Assembly: GCF_008065095.1 (NCBI RefSeq)
Contig: NZ_CP042911.1
Span: 6,840,001-6,872,000, forward strand
Origin: Gemmata obscuriglobus
GTDB lineage: Bacteria; Planctomycetota; Planctomycetia; Gemmatales; Gemmataceae
Direction: 5' to 3'
DNA length: 32,000 nt
Part shown: positions 1 through 8,834 of the stretch, piece by piece
Layout of the letters: each line of letters opens with the position of its first letter
How positions within the stretch are numbered: the first letter of the stretch is position 1
The notes under the pieces: model-generated
Seen by the model: only the letters and a program-made list of their open reading frames with translations
What the model was told of the DNA's origin: nothing
Database searches by the model: none
Program-made: the position numbers and the translations under genes

Positions 1-45
1 ATACGGGACCAGTTCGCCAGGGCCGCCCGCAGACGGCCGCGTCAG

Positions 46-2700
46 TCACGGGGCGGTTTTCGGGCCGGACGGCCCGACCGGTTCCGCGGCGAGGATCTCG
101 GCGACCTCGGCGGGCGATTCGGCCGCCCGCAGCCGGTTGCGCGTCTCGGGGTTGCCCGCGGCCCGCGCGACCTGTCCCAGCAGTAGTACCTGCAGGTTCG
201 GGCGCTCGGCCGGGGTCACCAGCAGGAACATCAGGTGTACGAGGTCCGGTGACCGCGGGTCAAAGACGACCCCTTCCGTGGACCGGCCGAACACCACCAG
301 CGGCTCGGCGAGGTTGGGGCACCGGGCGTGCGGAACCGCGACGCCCAGGCCCAGACTCGTGGGTAATTCGTGCTCGCGTGCGATGGCCAGCGCGGCGATG
401 TCGGCGCCGGGCGGCAGCAAGCGAGCGGGAATCCGGGCGGCCATCTCCGTGATCGCCTGCTCGGCCGTCCGCCCCGGCACGGTGAGCAGCCCCGCGTCGG
501 TCACCAGCAGGTCGCGGAGGCTCACCGCCGGGTGCCGCGGGTACTCGTCCTCGATCCGCCCGACGACCTGCTCGAGCAGGTCCTCCACCGTCACGATACC
601 CACGGGGCTCGCGCGGTCCGTCACGACGCACATCGTTGTGCCCTCGCGCTGGAAGTACAGCAGCGTCGATTCGACGTCGTCGTCAGGGCGCACCGCACCC
701 AGCGGGCGAATGAGGGCGGCCCACGCGGCGCCGTCGGCGGTGAGCCCGATCAGGTCCTTCGCCAGCAGGTAGCCGACCGGCAGCCCGGTTTCGGGCGCCA
801 CCACCGGCCAGCGCGAGAACCGCTGCTCCCCGACCTGCCGGCGCACCTCGTCCAGCGTGGCCGCCTTGGACAGCCGCCGGACCCGCGTCCACGGCACCAT
901 GATGTTGCGCACCGGCTGCCCGCGCAGGGCCGAAACGTTGTCCAGAATCAGCCGCGTGCGCACGTCCCGGACGGCCTTCTCGATCGAGTCGCGCCCGGCC
1001 CCGGCGTCGGCCAGCACGAGCCGGGCCAGCGAGACGGCGGCCTCGGCCTCCTCGAAGATCGCCGCGGTCGCGCCGACCTGTTCGAGGTCGCCCCGCTCGC
1101 GCAGGTAGTGGGCGCGGACGAAGATCTTCATCCGGGGGTTGAGGTTCCGCGCCACCGCGACCACCCCGGCCCGGTCCGCCGAGTGCGGCAGCGTCAGCAC
1201 GAGGTGCGACGCCTGCGCGACGCCGGCGCTCTCCAGGATGGCCTCGCGCGCGGCGTCGCCGAAAACCGCCGTCTGCCCGTGCCGCCGCAGTTCCGCCACC
1301 GTGTCCATGTTCGTGTCGATCACGACCGTGCTCAGCCCCGCGTCCCGCAACAGCCGGTCCACCGTTTTGCCGACCGGCCCGAACCCGACGACCACCGCCT
1401 GCCGGCTCCCCCCGGCGGTGCCGCGGGCCACATCGTCGGCGACCGCGGCGTTGGCGCGGCCGACGCGCCGCTCGGCCCGCGCGTTCAGCCGCGCCCAGAG
1501 TCGCGGGCGCCGCTGCAGCCACCGCTCGATGCCGTCGATGCTGCGGAACAGCACCGGGTTGATGGTGATCGAAATGATCGCCGCGCCCACGAGCAGGCTG
1601 TGGCCGTCGTCGGTCATCAGCCCGTGCTTGCGGGCCAACTCGGACAGGATGAACGAGAACTCGCCGATCTGCGCCAGCCCGAGCGCCACGGTCAGGGCCG
1701 TTCGGACCGAGTGCCCCAGGGCCGCGACGATGACCAGGGCGGTGAGCGGCTTGACCAGCAGGATCACGAACAGCGCCGCGAGCATCATTAGCGGCGCGCG
1801 GAGCAGGAGCGCGGGGTCAAACAGCATCCCCACCGAGACGAAGAACAGCACCGCGAACGCGTCCCGCAGCGGGAGCGCGTCGGCGGCGGCCTGATGGCTC
1901 ACCGGCGACCGCGCCACCATCATCCCGGCCAGGAATGCGCCCAGGGCCATCGACGCGCCGAACAGCGCGTACGCGCCGGCGGCGATCGCAACGGAGAACA
2001 CCATGACCGTCAGAGTGAACAGCTCACGAGAGCGGAGCCGCGCGACCTGGGTGAGCGCCCAGGGGACCAGCCGCGAACCGGCGACCATCACGACCGCGAC
2101 GAGTGCCGCCAGCTTGAGCAGCGCTAGCCCGATCGCGACCACCGGACCGGACCACCCGCCCGCGTCCGGTCCGGCCCCGCTTTGACCACCGAGCACCGGG
2201 ATCATGACCAGCACGATCACCGTCAGCACGTCCTCGACGAGCAGCCAACCGACGGCGACGTGGCCGGCGGGCGAGTTCAGCGAGTCGGCGTCCATCAGCA
2301 CGCGCATCAGCACCACCGTACTCGCCACCGCGAGCGCCATGCCGATCACCAGCCCCGTCCTGACGTCCACGCCGAACAGCGCGAACAGCGCGACGCTGGC
2401 CGCGGTGGCCACCAGGCTCTGCCCCAGCGCCCCCGGGACCGCGACGGCCCGAACGGCCAGCAGGTCCTCCAGGTGGAAGTGGAGGCCGACGCCGAACATG
2501 AGCAGGATCACCCCCACCTCGGCGAGTTGGTGGGCCAGGTTCACGTCGCCCTGGAACCCGGGCGTGTGCGGCCCGATCAGCACGCCGGCCAGCAGATAAC
2601 CGACGATCGGAGACAGCCGCATCCACTGCGTCAACAGCCCCAGTATCCAGGCGGCCGTAAAGGCGGCGGCGATGGTCGTGATGAGAGGGAACTCGTGCAT
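46..2700 (-). CDS. CPA2 (Kef/YbaL-like) monovalent cation:proton antiporter fused to RCK/TrkA-N, CBS-pair and PTS EIIA(Ntr)-like domains
   Basis: 884-aa ORF with ATG at 2700. The first ~390 aa are multi-TM with a Kef/YbaL-type opening (LSPIVGYLLAGVLIGP). A Rossmann motif VVVGFGPVGKTV plus VVIDTN marks RCK/TrkA-N (~nt 1021-1401). Two CBS-like units lie at ~nt 553-912. The C-terminal PtsN/EIIA-2-like block GLGVAVPHAR (~nt 82-522) has its His codon at 328-330. Confidence 0.85.
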   Translation of the reverse strand: MHEFPLITTIAAAFTAAWILGLLTQWMRLSPIVGYLLAGVLIGPHTPGFQGDVNLAHQLAEVGVILLMFGVGLHFHLEDLLAVRAVAVPGALGQSLVATAASVALFALFGVDVRTGLVIGMALAVASTVVLMRVLMDADSLNSPAGHVAVGWLLVEDVLTVIVLVMIPVLGGQSGAGPDAGGWSGPVVAIGLALLKLAALVAVVMVAGSRLVPWALTQVARLRSRELFTLTVMVFSVAIAAGAYALFGASMALGAFLAGMMVARSPVSHQAAADALPLRDAFAVLFFVSVGMLFDPALLLRAPLMMLAALFVILLVKPLTALVIVAALGHSVRTALTVALGLAQIGEFSFILSELARKHGLMTDDGHSLLVGAAIISITINPVLFRSIDGIERWLQRRPRLWARLNARAERRVGRANAAVADDVARGTAGGSRQAVVVGFGPVGKTVDRLLRDAGLSTVVIDTNMDTVAELRRHGQTAVFGDAAREAILESAGVAQASHLVLTLPHSADRAGVVAVARNLNPRMKIFVRAHYLRERGDLEQVGATAAIFEEAEAAVSLARLVLADAGAGRDSIEKAVRDVRTRLILDNVSALRGQPVRNIMVPWTRVRRLSKAATLDEVRRQVGEQRFSRWPVVAPETGLPVGYLLAKDLIGLTADGAAWAALIRPLGAVRPDDDVESTLLYFQREGTTMCVVTDRASPVGIVTVEDLLEQVVGRIEDEYPRHPAVSLRDLLVTDAGLLTVPGRTAEQAITEMAARIPARLLPPGADIAALAIAREHELPTSLGLGVAVPHARCPNLAEPLVVFGRSTEGVVFDPRSPDLVHLMFLLVTPAERPNLQVLLLGQVARAAGNPETRNRLRAAESPAEVAEILAAEPVGPSGPKTAP

Positions 2701-2890
2701 GCGTCACCGTTGCGGGATCAAGTTGGGGGCACACTCGGAGCCCGCCGGTAGGTCGGCCGGACCGCCACGCCGTCGTTTGCGCACCGGACGAAACGCCGAT
2801 ACGGTGCGGGCGCAGCCGTCCGCACCGTACCGGCGCCCGACCGTGTCCGTCGCCGGTCCTCACTCACGGTTCGATTGTTAGTGCCTGTTT

Positions 2891-2932
2891 TTGTTGCCGT
2901 CTTTGTGGCACAGACAGGAGTGTCTGCGCCAC
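2891..2932. repeat. REP-like palindromic unit, copy a, with flank TTGTTG..TCTTTGTG
   Basis: The core at 2905-2932, gtggcACAGACAggagTGTCTGcgccac, is self-complementary. The outer flank ttgttgccgtctttgtg recurs in inverted orientation at 3371-3387. Confidence 0.6.
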
Positions 2933-3173
2933 AAGAAACGGGCACCAACAGCCGGTTCCGGTATCGGTCTCGTGAAGTCGCATTAACTGAGCGGCGCTGC
3001 GCGAGCCACGATGGCGTGTAATACGAAGTTCGGTCAGTTCGGTTCGATGTTTCATGTAAAGCAGCGGCCGCGCGAACAGGGTCATCGGTTCCCGATCCGA
3101 ACACCGGAACCGGAATCGTGAAGCCGGCCGCAGTCGCTGCCTTATTGCTCTCATACACGGCCCTATCTGCGGC

Positions 3174-3259
3174 GTCGCTTTCTTGACGAGCCGCGACCGC
3201 CCGGGAGCGGGGTACGTGGCACCGCTCCCGGGCGGTCGCGGCTCGTCAACAAAAGCGAC
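3174..3259. repeat. 86-nt near-perfect hairpin (28-bp perfect stem plus an 8-bp extension)
   Basis: 3183-3210 (ttgacgagccgcgaccgcccgggagcgg) is the exact reverse complement of 3222-3249, with an 11-nt loop ggtacgtggca. The flanks gtcgcttt (3174-3181) and aaagcgac (3252-3259) pair across a small bulge. It lies ~170 nt downstream of the sthA-like stop. Confidence 0.8.
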
Positions 3260-3312
3260 ACGACCATCGGGCACGTGTATCAGAGAGGTCCAGCTGGCTG
3301 TGTTTGTTTCTC

Positions 3313-3340
3313 GTGGTACAGGCATTCCTGTCTATGCGAC
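3313..3340. repeat. REP-like palindromic unit, copy b
   Basis: gtggtACAGGCAttccTGTCTAtgcgac has the same layout as copies a and c (GTGG-yACAGrCA-N4-TGyCTr-yGCsAC). Confidence 0.5.
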
Positions 3341-3348
3341 CTTCTCGC

Positions 3349-3387
3349 GCTGCACAGACAGAAATGTCTGTGACACAAAGACAACAA
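3349..3387. repeat. REP-like palindromic unit, copy c, with an inverted copy of the flank of copy a
   Basis: The core is gctgCACAGACAgaaaTGTCTGTGacac. The reverse complement of 3349-3387 aligns with 2891-2932 (ttgttg[ccg]tctttgtgKcacagaca....tgtctgYgc). Confidence 0.55.
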
Positions 3388-3425
3388 CCGGGGCCGACCG
3401 ATGACCGGACGGTTCGCGGAGCGGG

Positions 3426-4877
3426 TCAGCCGGAAACGCGTGGGGCCGTTGTGAGCGCGGTCGGGTCGTTCCGCTCCCGGCCCATCCGGAGTAGGGCATC
3501 GTGGGTGGCGAGCTTGTACAACTCACCAAGCGTCGGGTGGTTGAAGCAGGTTCCCAACAGCAAATCGGCTCCCGCACCGGTCATCAAGGCCATCACCCCG
3601 ATGTGAACCACTTCGGACGCAAGCTCCCCGATCACATGAGCACCGAGCAGTTTAAGGTCCGATCGGCGGAACAGGAGCTTCAGGAACCCGTACTCGTCTC
3701 CGATAATCTTGCCGCGTGCCACTTCCGCGTATCCGGCGCGGCCCGTCACGTACTCGACGCCCTTGGCGCGCAGCTCTTCTTCCCCCTCGCCCGCGGCGCT
3801 GATCTCCGGAATGGTGTAAATGCCCGTCGGCAGAACCGGCGCAACCGGCCCAGCTAGCGGGGTACCGAACGCGTGGGCGACGGCCGCCCGCCCCTGTTCG
3901 GCGCTCGTGGAGGCCAGAGCCGGGAAGCCGATCACGTCCCCGACCGCATAAACGTGCGGCACCTCCGTTTGGAAGTACTCGTTCACTCCGATCCGGCCTT
4001 TGTGGGCGGCGCGCAGCCCGGCGGCCTCAAGATTCAGGTCGCCCGCCCGGCTCACCCGACCGCTACAGATGAGAACGTGGTCCACTGTCAGGGTTTGTCC
4101 CGACGAGAGTTCGAGCCGCACGTCGCCAACGTCCGGAGCATCGCAAGACGTGACGCGCTCCCCCCACACGAACCGCACCCCGAGCCGCCGCATCGACGCC
4201 TCCAGAGCGGCCGACAGATCGGCGTCGAGGAACGGCAGCAGTTCGTTGCGCCCGTCGATCAGGTAGGTCTCGACGCCGAGTGCGGCGAACGCGCAAGCGT
4301 ACTCGCTGCCGATCACCCCGGCCCCAACGACCGCGAGCGACCGGGGCATCTCGTGCAGTTCGAGGAGTTCGTCCGAATCGTGGACCCGGGTGTGCTCGAA
4401 CGGGAACCCGGGCGGACGCACCGGGACCGAGCCGGTGGCGATCACGACCTTGTCCGCGACGAGTTCCCGCTCGCTGGCGTCCCCGTCCCCCGCAACCTGA
4501 ATCACGTTCGGTCCCGCGAACCGGGCCGTGCCGTGAACAACGGTCACGCCGTACCGGTCGAGCAACCCCCGGATCTGATCGCGGTGGGCGGCTTTGATGG
4601 TCCGCTCGTGTCGCAGCGCGTCGTCTACCGTAATGTTCCGGCGGAGGGACAGGTCGACCCCGTGCAGGTCGCGGCTGCGATACCCCGAGAGCGCCAGCGC
4701 GGTCTCGCGGAGCGTCTTGCTCGGCAGCGTGCCGGTGTTCACCGCGGCGCCGCCGACGAACGGCGCTTTCTCCACCACCGCGACCCGTTTACCCAGCCGC
4801 GCCCCGGTCAGCGCGGCGGTTTCGCCGCCGGGGCCGGCGCCGATCACAACGAGATCAAAATTCGCACGCTCGGACAC
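3426..4877 (-). CDS. sthA: Soluble pyridine nucleotide transhydrogenase-like flavoprotein (class-I pyridine nucleotide-disulfide oxidoreductase lacking the CxxxxC disulfide)
   Basis: FAD motif DLVVIGAGPGG. VGGAAVNTGTLPSKTL occupies the place of the redox-active disulfide, as in SthA/UdhA. There is a second Rossmann motif LAVVGAGVIGSEYA and a C-terminal dimerisation motif FNHPTLGELYK. The track ORF reaches 4934 (GTG). GTG at 4877, preceded by GGAGA, is the more plausible start. Confidence 0.7.
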   Translation of the reverse strand: MSERANFDLVVIGAGPGGETAALTGARLGKRVAVVEKAPFVGGAAVNTGTLPSKTLRETALALSGYRSRDLHGVDLSLRRNITVDDALRHERTIKAAHRDQIRGLLDRYGVTVVHGTARFAGPNVIQVAGDGDASERELVADKVVIATGSVPVRPPGFPFEHTRVHDSDELLELHEMPRSLAVVGAGVIGSEYACAFAALGVETYLIDGRNELLPFLDADLSAALEASMRRLGVRFVWGERVTSCDAPDVGDVRLELSSGQTLTVDHVLICSGRVSRAGDLNLEAAGLRAAHKGRIGVNEYFQTEVPHVYAVGDVIGFPALASTSAEQGRAAVAHAFGTPLAGPVAPVLPTGIYTIPEISAAGEGEEELRAKGVEYVTGRAGYAEVARGKIIGDEYGFLKLLFRRSDLKLLGAHVIGELASEVVHIGVMALMTGAGADLLLGTCFNHPTLGELYKLATHDALLRMGRERNDPTALTTAPRVSG

Positions 4878-5006
4878 AATCGCATCTCCGGGGCGTAACG
4901 GACCGGGAGTTCCGGCCCGGCGCGCCGCCAGCACCTGAACGCTACCAAACGCTCATCCTCGGCGGGTCACGACTAGCACACGCCGTGCCGCCCCCGCTCT
5001 CGCGCG

Positions 5007-6283
5007 TCAGTCGGCCCGTCGAGCGAGTTCCGGGGCGTGACGCCTCATCCAGATCTTGGTCAGCGGCCCAAGCGTCAGCCCCTGAATGAGGATCGAGAAC
5101 ACGACCACGACGTAGGTCATCGCCAGCAGCGCGTCCCGCTCACCGACCGGTTCCCCGCGAACAGTCCGCGGCAGCGAGAGGGCGAGTGCCACAGACACGC
5201 CGCCGCGCAGCCCGCCCCAGGTCAGGACGCGAACGGTGTACCGGGCGAACCGCCCGCGCCTTCGCAACAGCGCGATCGGCGGCGCGACCGAAATCAGCCG
5301 CGCGACGAGCACGATCGGCACCGCCGCCAGCCCCAGGAGCAAGAGCTTGCCGGTGAACGCCAGGGCCAGCACCTCAAGGCCGATCAGCACAAACAGCATC
5401 GAGTTGAGGATCTCGTCGAGCAGTTCCCAGAACGTGTCCATGTGTTCGATCACGGTCGGCGACATCGCGTGCGCCCGCCCCAGGTTCCCGATCAACAAGC
5501 CCGCGACGACAGCCGCGAGCGGACCGGACATGTGCAGCCGGTTGACCAGCGCGTACCCGCCGGCCGCCAGCGCCAGCAACACCTCCACCTGATAATTGTC
5601 CACCGACCGCAGCATCCGGTAGGTCACCCACGCCAGGACGAACCCGACGCCCGCTCCGCCAACGGCCTCCCACAGGAACAGTTGCGCCAAATGAACCGGG
5701 TCGAACTCCACTTTGCCGGTGGCGACCTCCAACAACCCGAGGAACGCGACGACCGCAACCCCGTCGTTGAACAGCGACTCGCCGGCGATCTTGATTTCCA
5801 TGTCCCTTGGGACGCCCGCCTGTTTGAGGATCGCCATGACCGCGATCGGGTCAGTGGGCGAGATGAGGGCGCCGAACATCAAGCAGTACACGAGCCGCGC
5901 CGGCACGCCGGCCGCGTTCAACAGCGCCCACGCCAGTAGCCCCACAACGACCGTCGAAACGATAACCCCACGCTGGCGAGTGTAAGAATGGTCCATTTGC
6001 GGGACGCGAGTTCGTCGAGCCGCACGTGGAGCGCGCCGGCGAACAGCAGGAACCCGAGCATGCACTGGACGATCGTTTGGTTCAGATCGATCCGCCGGAC
6101 GATCTCCACGGCCCGTTCCTCGACCGTGGGCACCCGCGCCCCGACGACCACCAGCACGAGCGAGGCGAGCAAGCTCATCGCCATCAGCCCGACGGCCGGC
6201 GGGAACTTGAGCACGGCGCAGTTGACGTAGCTGAACAGGGCCGCGAGCACAATCAGTAGGGCGGTGATCTCGAATACGGTCAT
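5007..6283 (-). pseudogene. NhaP-type (CPA1) Na+/H+ antiporter interrupted by a 1-nt frameshift
   Basis: The N-terminal ~105 aa (MTVFEITALLIVLAALFS... from ATG 6283) are in the frame of ORF 5918-6604. The rest (IVSTVVVGLLAWALL...SPTDPIAV...ESLFNDG...) is in the frame of ORF 5007-6323. The frames join sensibly at ...TLASVG|VIVSTV... if the minus-strand G4 run (plus-strand C run 5966-5969) were G5. Confidence 0.65.
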
Positions 6284-6359
6284 GCCAGCGCTCCTCGCGG
6301 CCCCCTGTGACGCCTGCGGCCATGCCGCCGGGTGGGTGTCCCGCTTCACGAACCCGATT

Positions 6360-7073
6360 TCAAACCGGCTCTTGCGCGCCCGTGGCCCGAACCTTCCGAC
6401 GGAGCCACGGGAACAGAAGCAGCGCGCCCGACGCGGCCAGTGCCGACACGGTCGGTTCCGGTACACCGGGAGTCGGAGATGGTCCCGGCCCCGGGCCGGG
6501 TTCGGGTTCGGGCGTCGGTTGTTCCTGACCGGTCCCCAGACCCAGAACCCACCAGCCACCTTCCGGAACGATGACCGAGCCCGATGCCGTCCCTTCGCTC
6601 CCAAGAACGGACGCGGTCAGCACCCATGCACTGGACCAGTCAGTGGCAAGAGTCAGTCCGAGTCGCGCAGCGTCGACGGGAATCGGAACACCCGCTTCAG
6701 GCACCGACGAAGCGAGTGGGCCGATCGGTTGCCCCCCCGGGCCGTACGGAGTCACTCCGGTCGGCGGCGAACCGCCGGTCAGGTAAGCTGCTCCGTCCGA
6801 AAGGGTTAAGAGAACCGGCAGGCCGGAGCCGCTGAAAAAGGACCGGCCGCCGTCTGTGACGGCCTGTACATTTCCGGTCCCGGACAACGCGTCAATCGCC
6901 ACGAACGGCGGCACCGAAGACGAACCGTACCAGAACTCGGACGTGTGGGTCGGCTGAGCGCTCCCGCTCGGACCGGTTACCAGCGTGATCCATCCGGCAC
7001 GACTCACCCCGGGCAACGACACCCACAGCACACTCACCGCGAGTAAGGTCGCGCACTTTTTGAGCCACCGCAT
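6360..7073 (-). CDS. PEP-CTERM sorting-domain secreted protein
   Basis: ATG at 7073 is preceded by GGAG. It has an N-terminal signal peptide (MRWLKKCATLLAVSVLWVSLPGVSRA) and a Pro/Glu-rich linker. The C-terminal VPEP, hydrophobic helix and RRKVR match the PEP-CTERM architecture. Confidence 0.8.
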   Translation of the reverse strand: MRWLKKCATLLAVSVLWVSLPGVSRAGWITLVTGPSGSAQPTHTSEFWYGSSSVPPFVAIDALSGTGNVQAVTDGGRSFFSGSGLPVLLTLSDGAAYLTGGSPPTGVTPYGPGGQPIGPLASSVPEAGVPIPVDAARLGLTLATDWSSAWVLTASVLGSEGTASGSVIVPEGGWWVLGLGTGQEQPTPEPEPGPGPGPSPTPGVPEPTVSALAASGALLLFPWLRRKVRATGAQEPV

Positions 7074-7527
7074 GACGCTCCCCCGTCGGAATCTTCAGGT
7101 CTGACGGGCGGCAACCATAGTCTACGTGTCGCGACGAAAAAAGAGGAGCAGCAAGGAGATGCGTCATTTTAGAAGCACAAGAACTGCACAGCCCTGTGCA
7201 AGGATTGCACATCGCGGCTCACAAATGGTAGCCTTGGACGTTCTAGTTTCGCGGTATCTCCGGCACTGAGCGATTTACCGCATTCGCCCTTTCGCAAACC
7301 GCATTCAACCATTATTCCGTGAGCGGGTTCCCAATATGTGCGACACATCGGAGAAGACTATCCTCCTTTTGCCACGTATCAAATTCGGGCGATGGCAGTT
7401 AAGCGATTGCGTCTCGATACCGACCGTATCCTGAAGTAACATGGGCAACAGATTTGCCGAAGAAACTCGCGAATTAGTAAAAAACTTATCAACCATATGA
7501 TTTTAATATTTTTGACCGAGAAGTGAT
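7074..7527. promoter_or_regulatory. Lower-G+C divergent intergenic region between the PEP-CTERM gene and the WD40-like gene
   Basis: There is a visible drop in G+C. Three TGCACA/TGTGCA half-sites lie at 7185-7190, 7195-7200 and 7206-7211. No convincing ORF is present. Confidence 0.35.
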
Positions 7528-8658
7528 ATGAGCGCCGGCTTGCTGACAGTGTCCGCGTTCGTTGTGACCGGGTCGTTCTGCTTCCTCACTGCGGGGGAAC
7601 CGTTCGTTGCCCCGCCGCCGCGCGCCCGGTCAATCACGCTCCGGTTAGAGAAAGGAGAGTCGGTGGTCGGCCTGTGCTTTTCGGCGGACAACCGGAAGCT
7701 TTACGCAGCCGTCCGAGAGAAGGACAACAGCGCTTCGCGCGTTCACGTCTATGACCTGGCTACCAGAGAACGGCGATATTTCGGCGGCCACGGCAGCGGC
7801 GGGGACATCCTCCGGCTCACGTGGTCCGACCGCGACGGCCGGGTGTTGGTCTGGCAGCGGGAGCAGGTCACGAAGCGCGACGCCGGCTCCGGTACGGTCT
7901 GCATGGAAGTTCGGGCGGATCGGGGGCTGCGGTACGAGCGGTGGAATGGAACCGGGGACGACTTGACCGGTTTCACCCACCGCGGTGGGGACTTCTCGGG
8001 CCGGTTCGTTCCGCTCGGAGATTCGGTCCTCGTGGTGGGGCCGAACTCCTCTAAGGAGTTGACGCTCCGACTCGTTCCATTTACCAACCCCAAGGCGCGG
8101 GTCCGGGACTTCGATCTGCCCAGGACCAACGAGGTCCCGGCCCCGGACGGCGAGACACTCACACTGTCGCCGGACGGAGCAGCGGCGGCAATGTGTTCCA
8201 GTTCGGCCGACCCCGAGTCGCTCAGCGGCGTGTGGGTGTGGAACACGCGCAGTGGCAAGCGCGCACACGAGTTCGTCTACCGCACGCGCGCCGACCTCGC
8301 TTCACACACCCACCCACTCGCGGTGGGGCGCGGCGGGACGTTCATCGTGTCGGGCACGGTGTTCGGCCCGATTCACGTCTTCGACACCCGTTGCGGTAAG
8401 GCCGCCCATCTCTGTGAGCCGAAGGGGCGTGTCCAAACTCTGGTATGTTCGCCAGCGGCGGACGTGTTCGCCGCCGGGACCAACAAGGCGGTGGAGTTAT
8501 GGAGCCTGGAAAGCGGGAAGAAGCTGGCGGCGTGGTCGCGCGACGACGCCGGCGGGTACGCCAGCGCGGTCACGTTCTCCCCCGACGGTTCGCGGCTCGC
8601 ATGGGGATCGCTTCGTGAAGGGGTAATTCAGGTCACCCGGCTCCCCGGCGGGGAGTGA
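7528..8658 (+). CDS. WD40/PD40-like beta-propeller repeat protein with an N-terminal hydrophobic segment
   Basis: 376-aa ORF with ATG at 7528. Recurrent blade-like motifs are VGLCFSADNRKLYAAV, LTLSPDGAAAA, VTFSPDGSRLAWGS and AVELWSLESGK. The N-terminus is hydrophobic (LLTVSAFVVTGSFCFL). Confidence 0.55.
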   Translation: MSAGLLTVSAFVVTGSFCFLTAGEPFVAPPPRARSITLRLEKGESVVGLCFSADNRKLYAAVREKDNSASRVHVYDLATRERRYFGGHGSGGDILRLTWSDRDGRVLVWQREQVTKRDAGSGTVCMEVRADRGLRYERWNGTGDDLTGFTHRGGDFSGRFVPLGDSVLVVGPNSSKELTLRLVPFTNPKARVRDFDLPRTNEVPAPDGETLTLSPDGAAAAMCSSSADPESLSGVWVWNTRSGKRAHEFVYRTRADLASHTHPLAVGRGGTFIVSGTVFGPIHVFDTRCGKAAHLCEPKGRVQTLVCSPAADVFAAGTNKAVELWSLESGKKLAAWSRDDAGGYASAVTFSPDGSRLAWGSLREGVIQVTRLPGGE

Positions 8659-8834
8659 GCACAAGTATTGCGCACGTCGTTCGGCAACCACCAGATCACC
8701 GCCGTCGCCGCCATGTCTCGGTGCCCACCGGGGCGGGCGATCGCTCGTTCCTCCTCGCACCGCCCCTGGCCGAATGCGAGCGCATCAGCGCGGGCGGCCC
8801 GCCGATCAATTCATCGCCCGGCTCCGGACGACGA

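Noticed and set aside
137-2751. Multiple plus-strand ORFs (137-772, 370-1791, 1139-1894, 2182-2751 and others)
   Set aside because: All are shadows of the Kef-like gene on the opposite strand.
3174-3259. The long hairpin as an integron attC site
   Set aside because: The core-site consensus GTTRRRY/RYYYAAC is not met (GTTGACG). There are no extrahelical-base features that I can justify, and no integrase or cassette array nearby.
2718-3325. ORFs 2718-3158 and 2864-3325 (minus) in the spacer
   Set aside because: They show no coding-like composition or motifs. They run through the palindromic repeats and the long hairpin, so the region is treated as non-coding.
6284-6604. Upstream extension of ORF 5918-6604
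   Set aside because: It overlaps the 3' end of the PEP-CTERM gene and is basic low-complexity sequence. The antiporter begins at ATG 6283 (MTVFEITALL).
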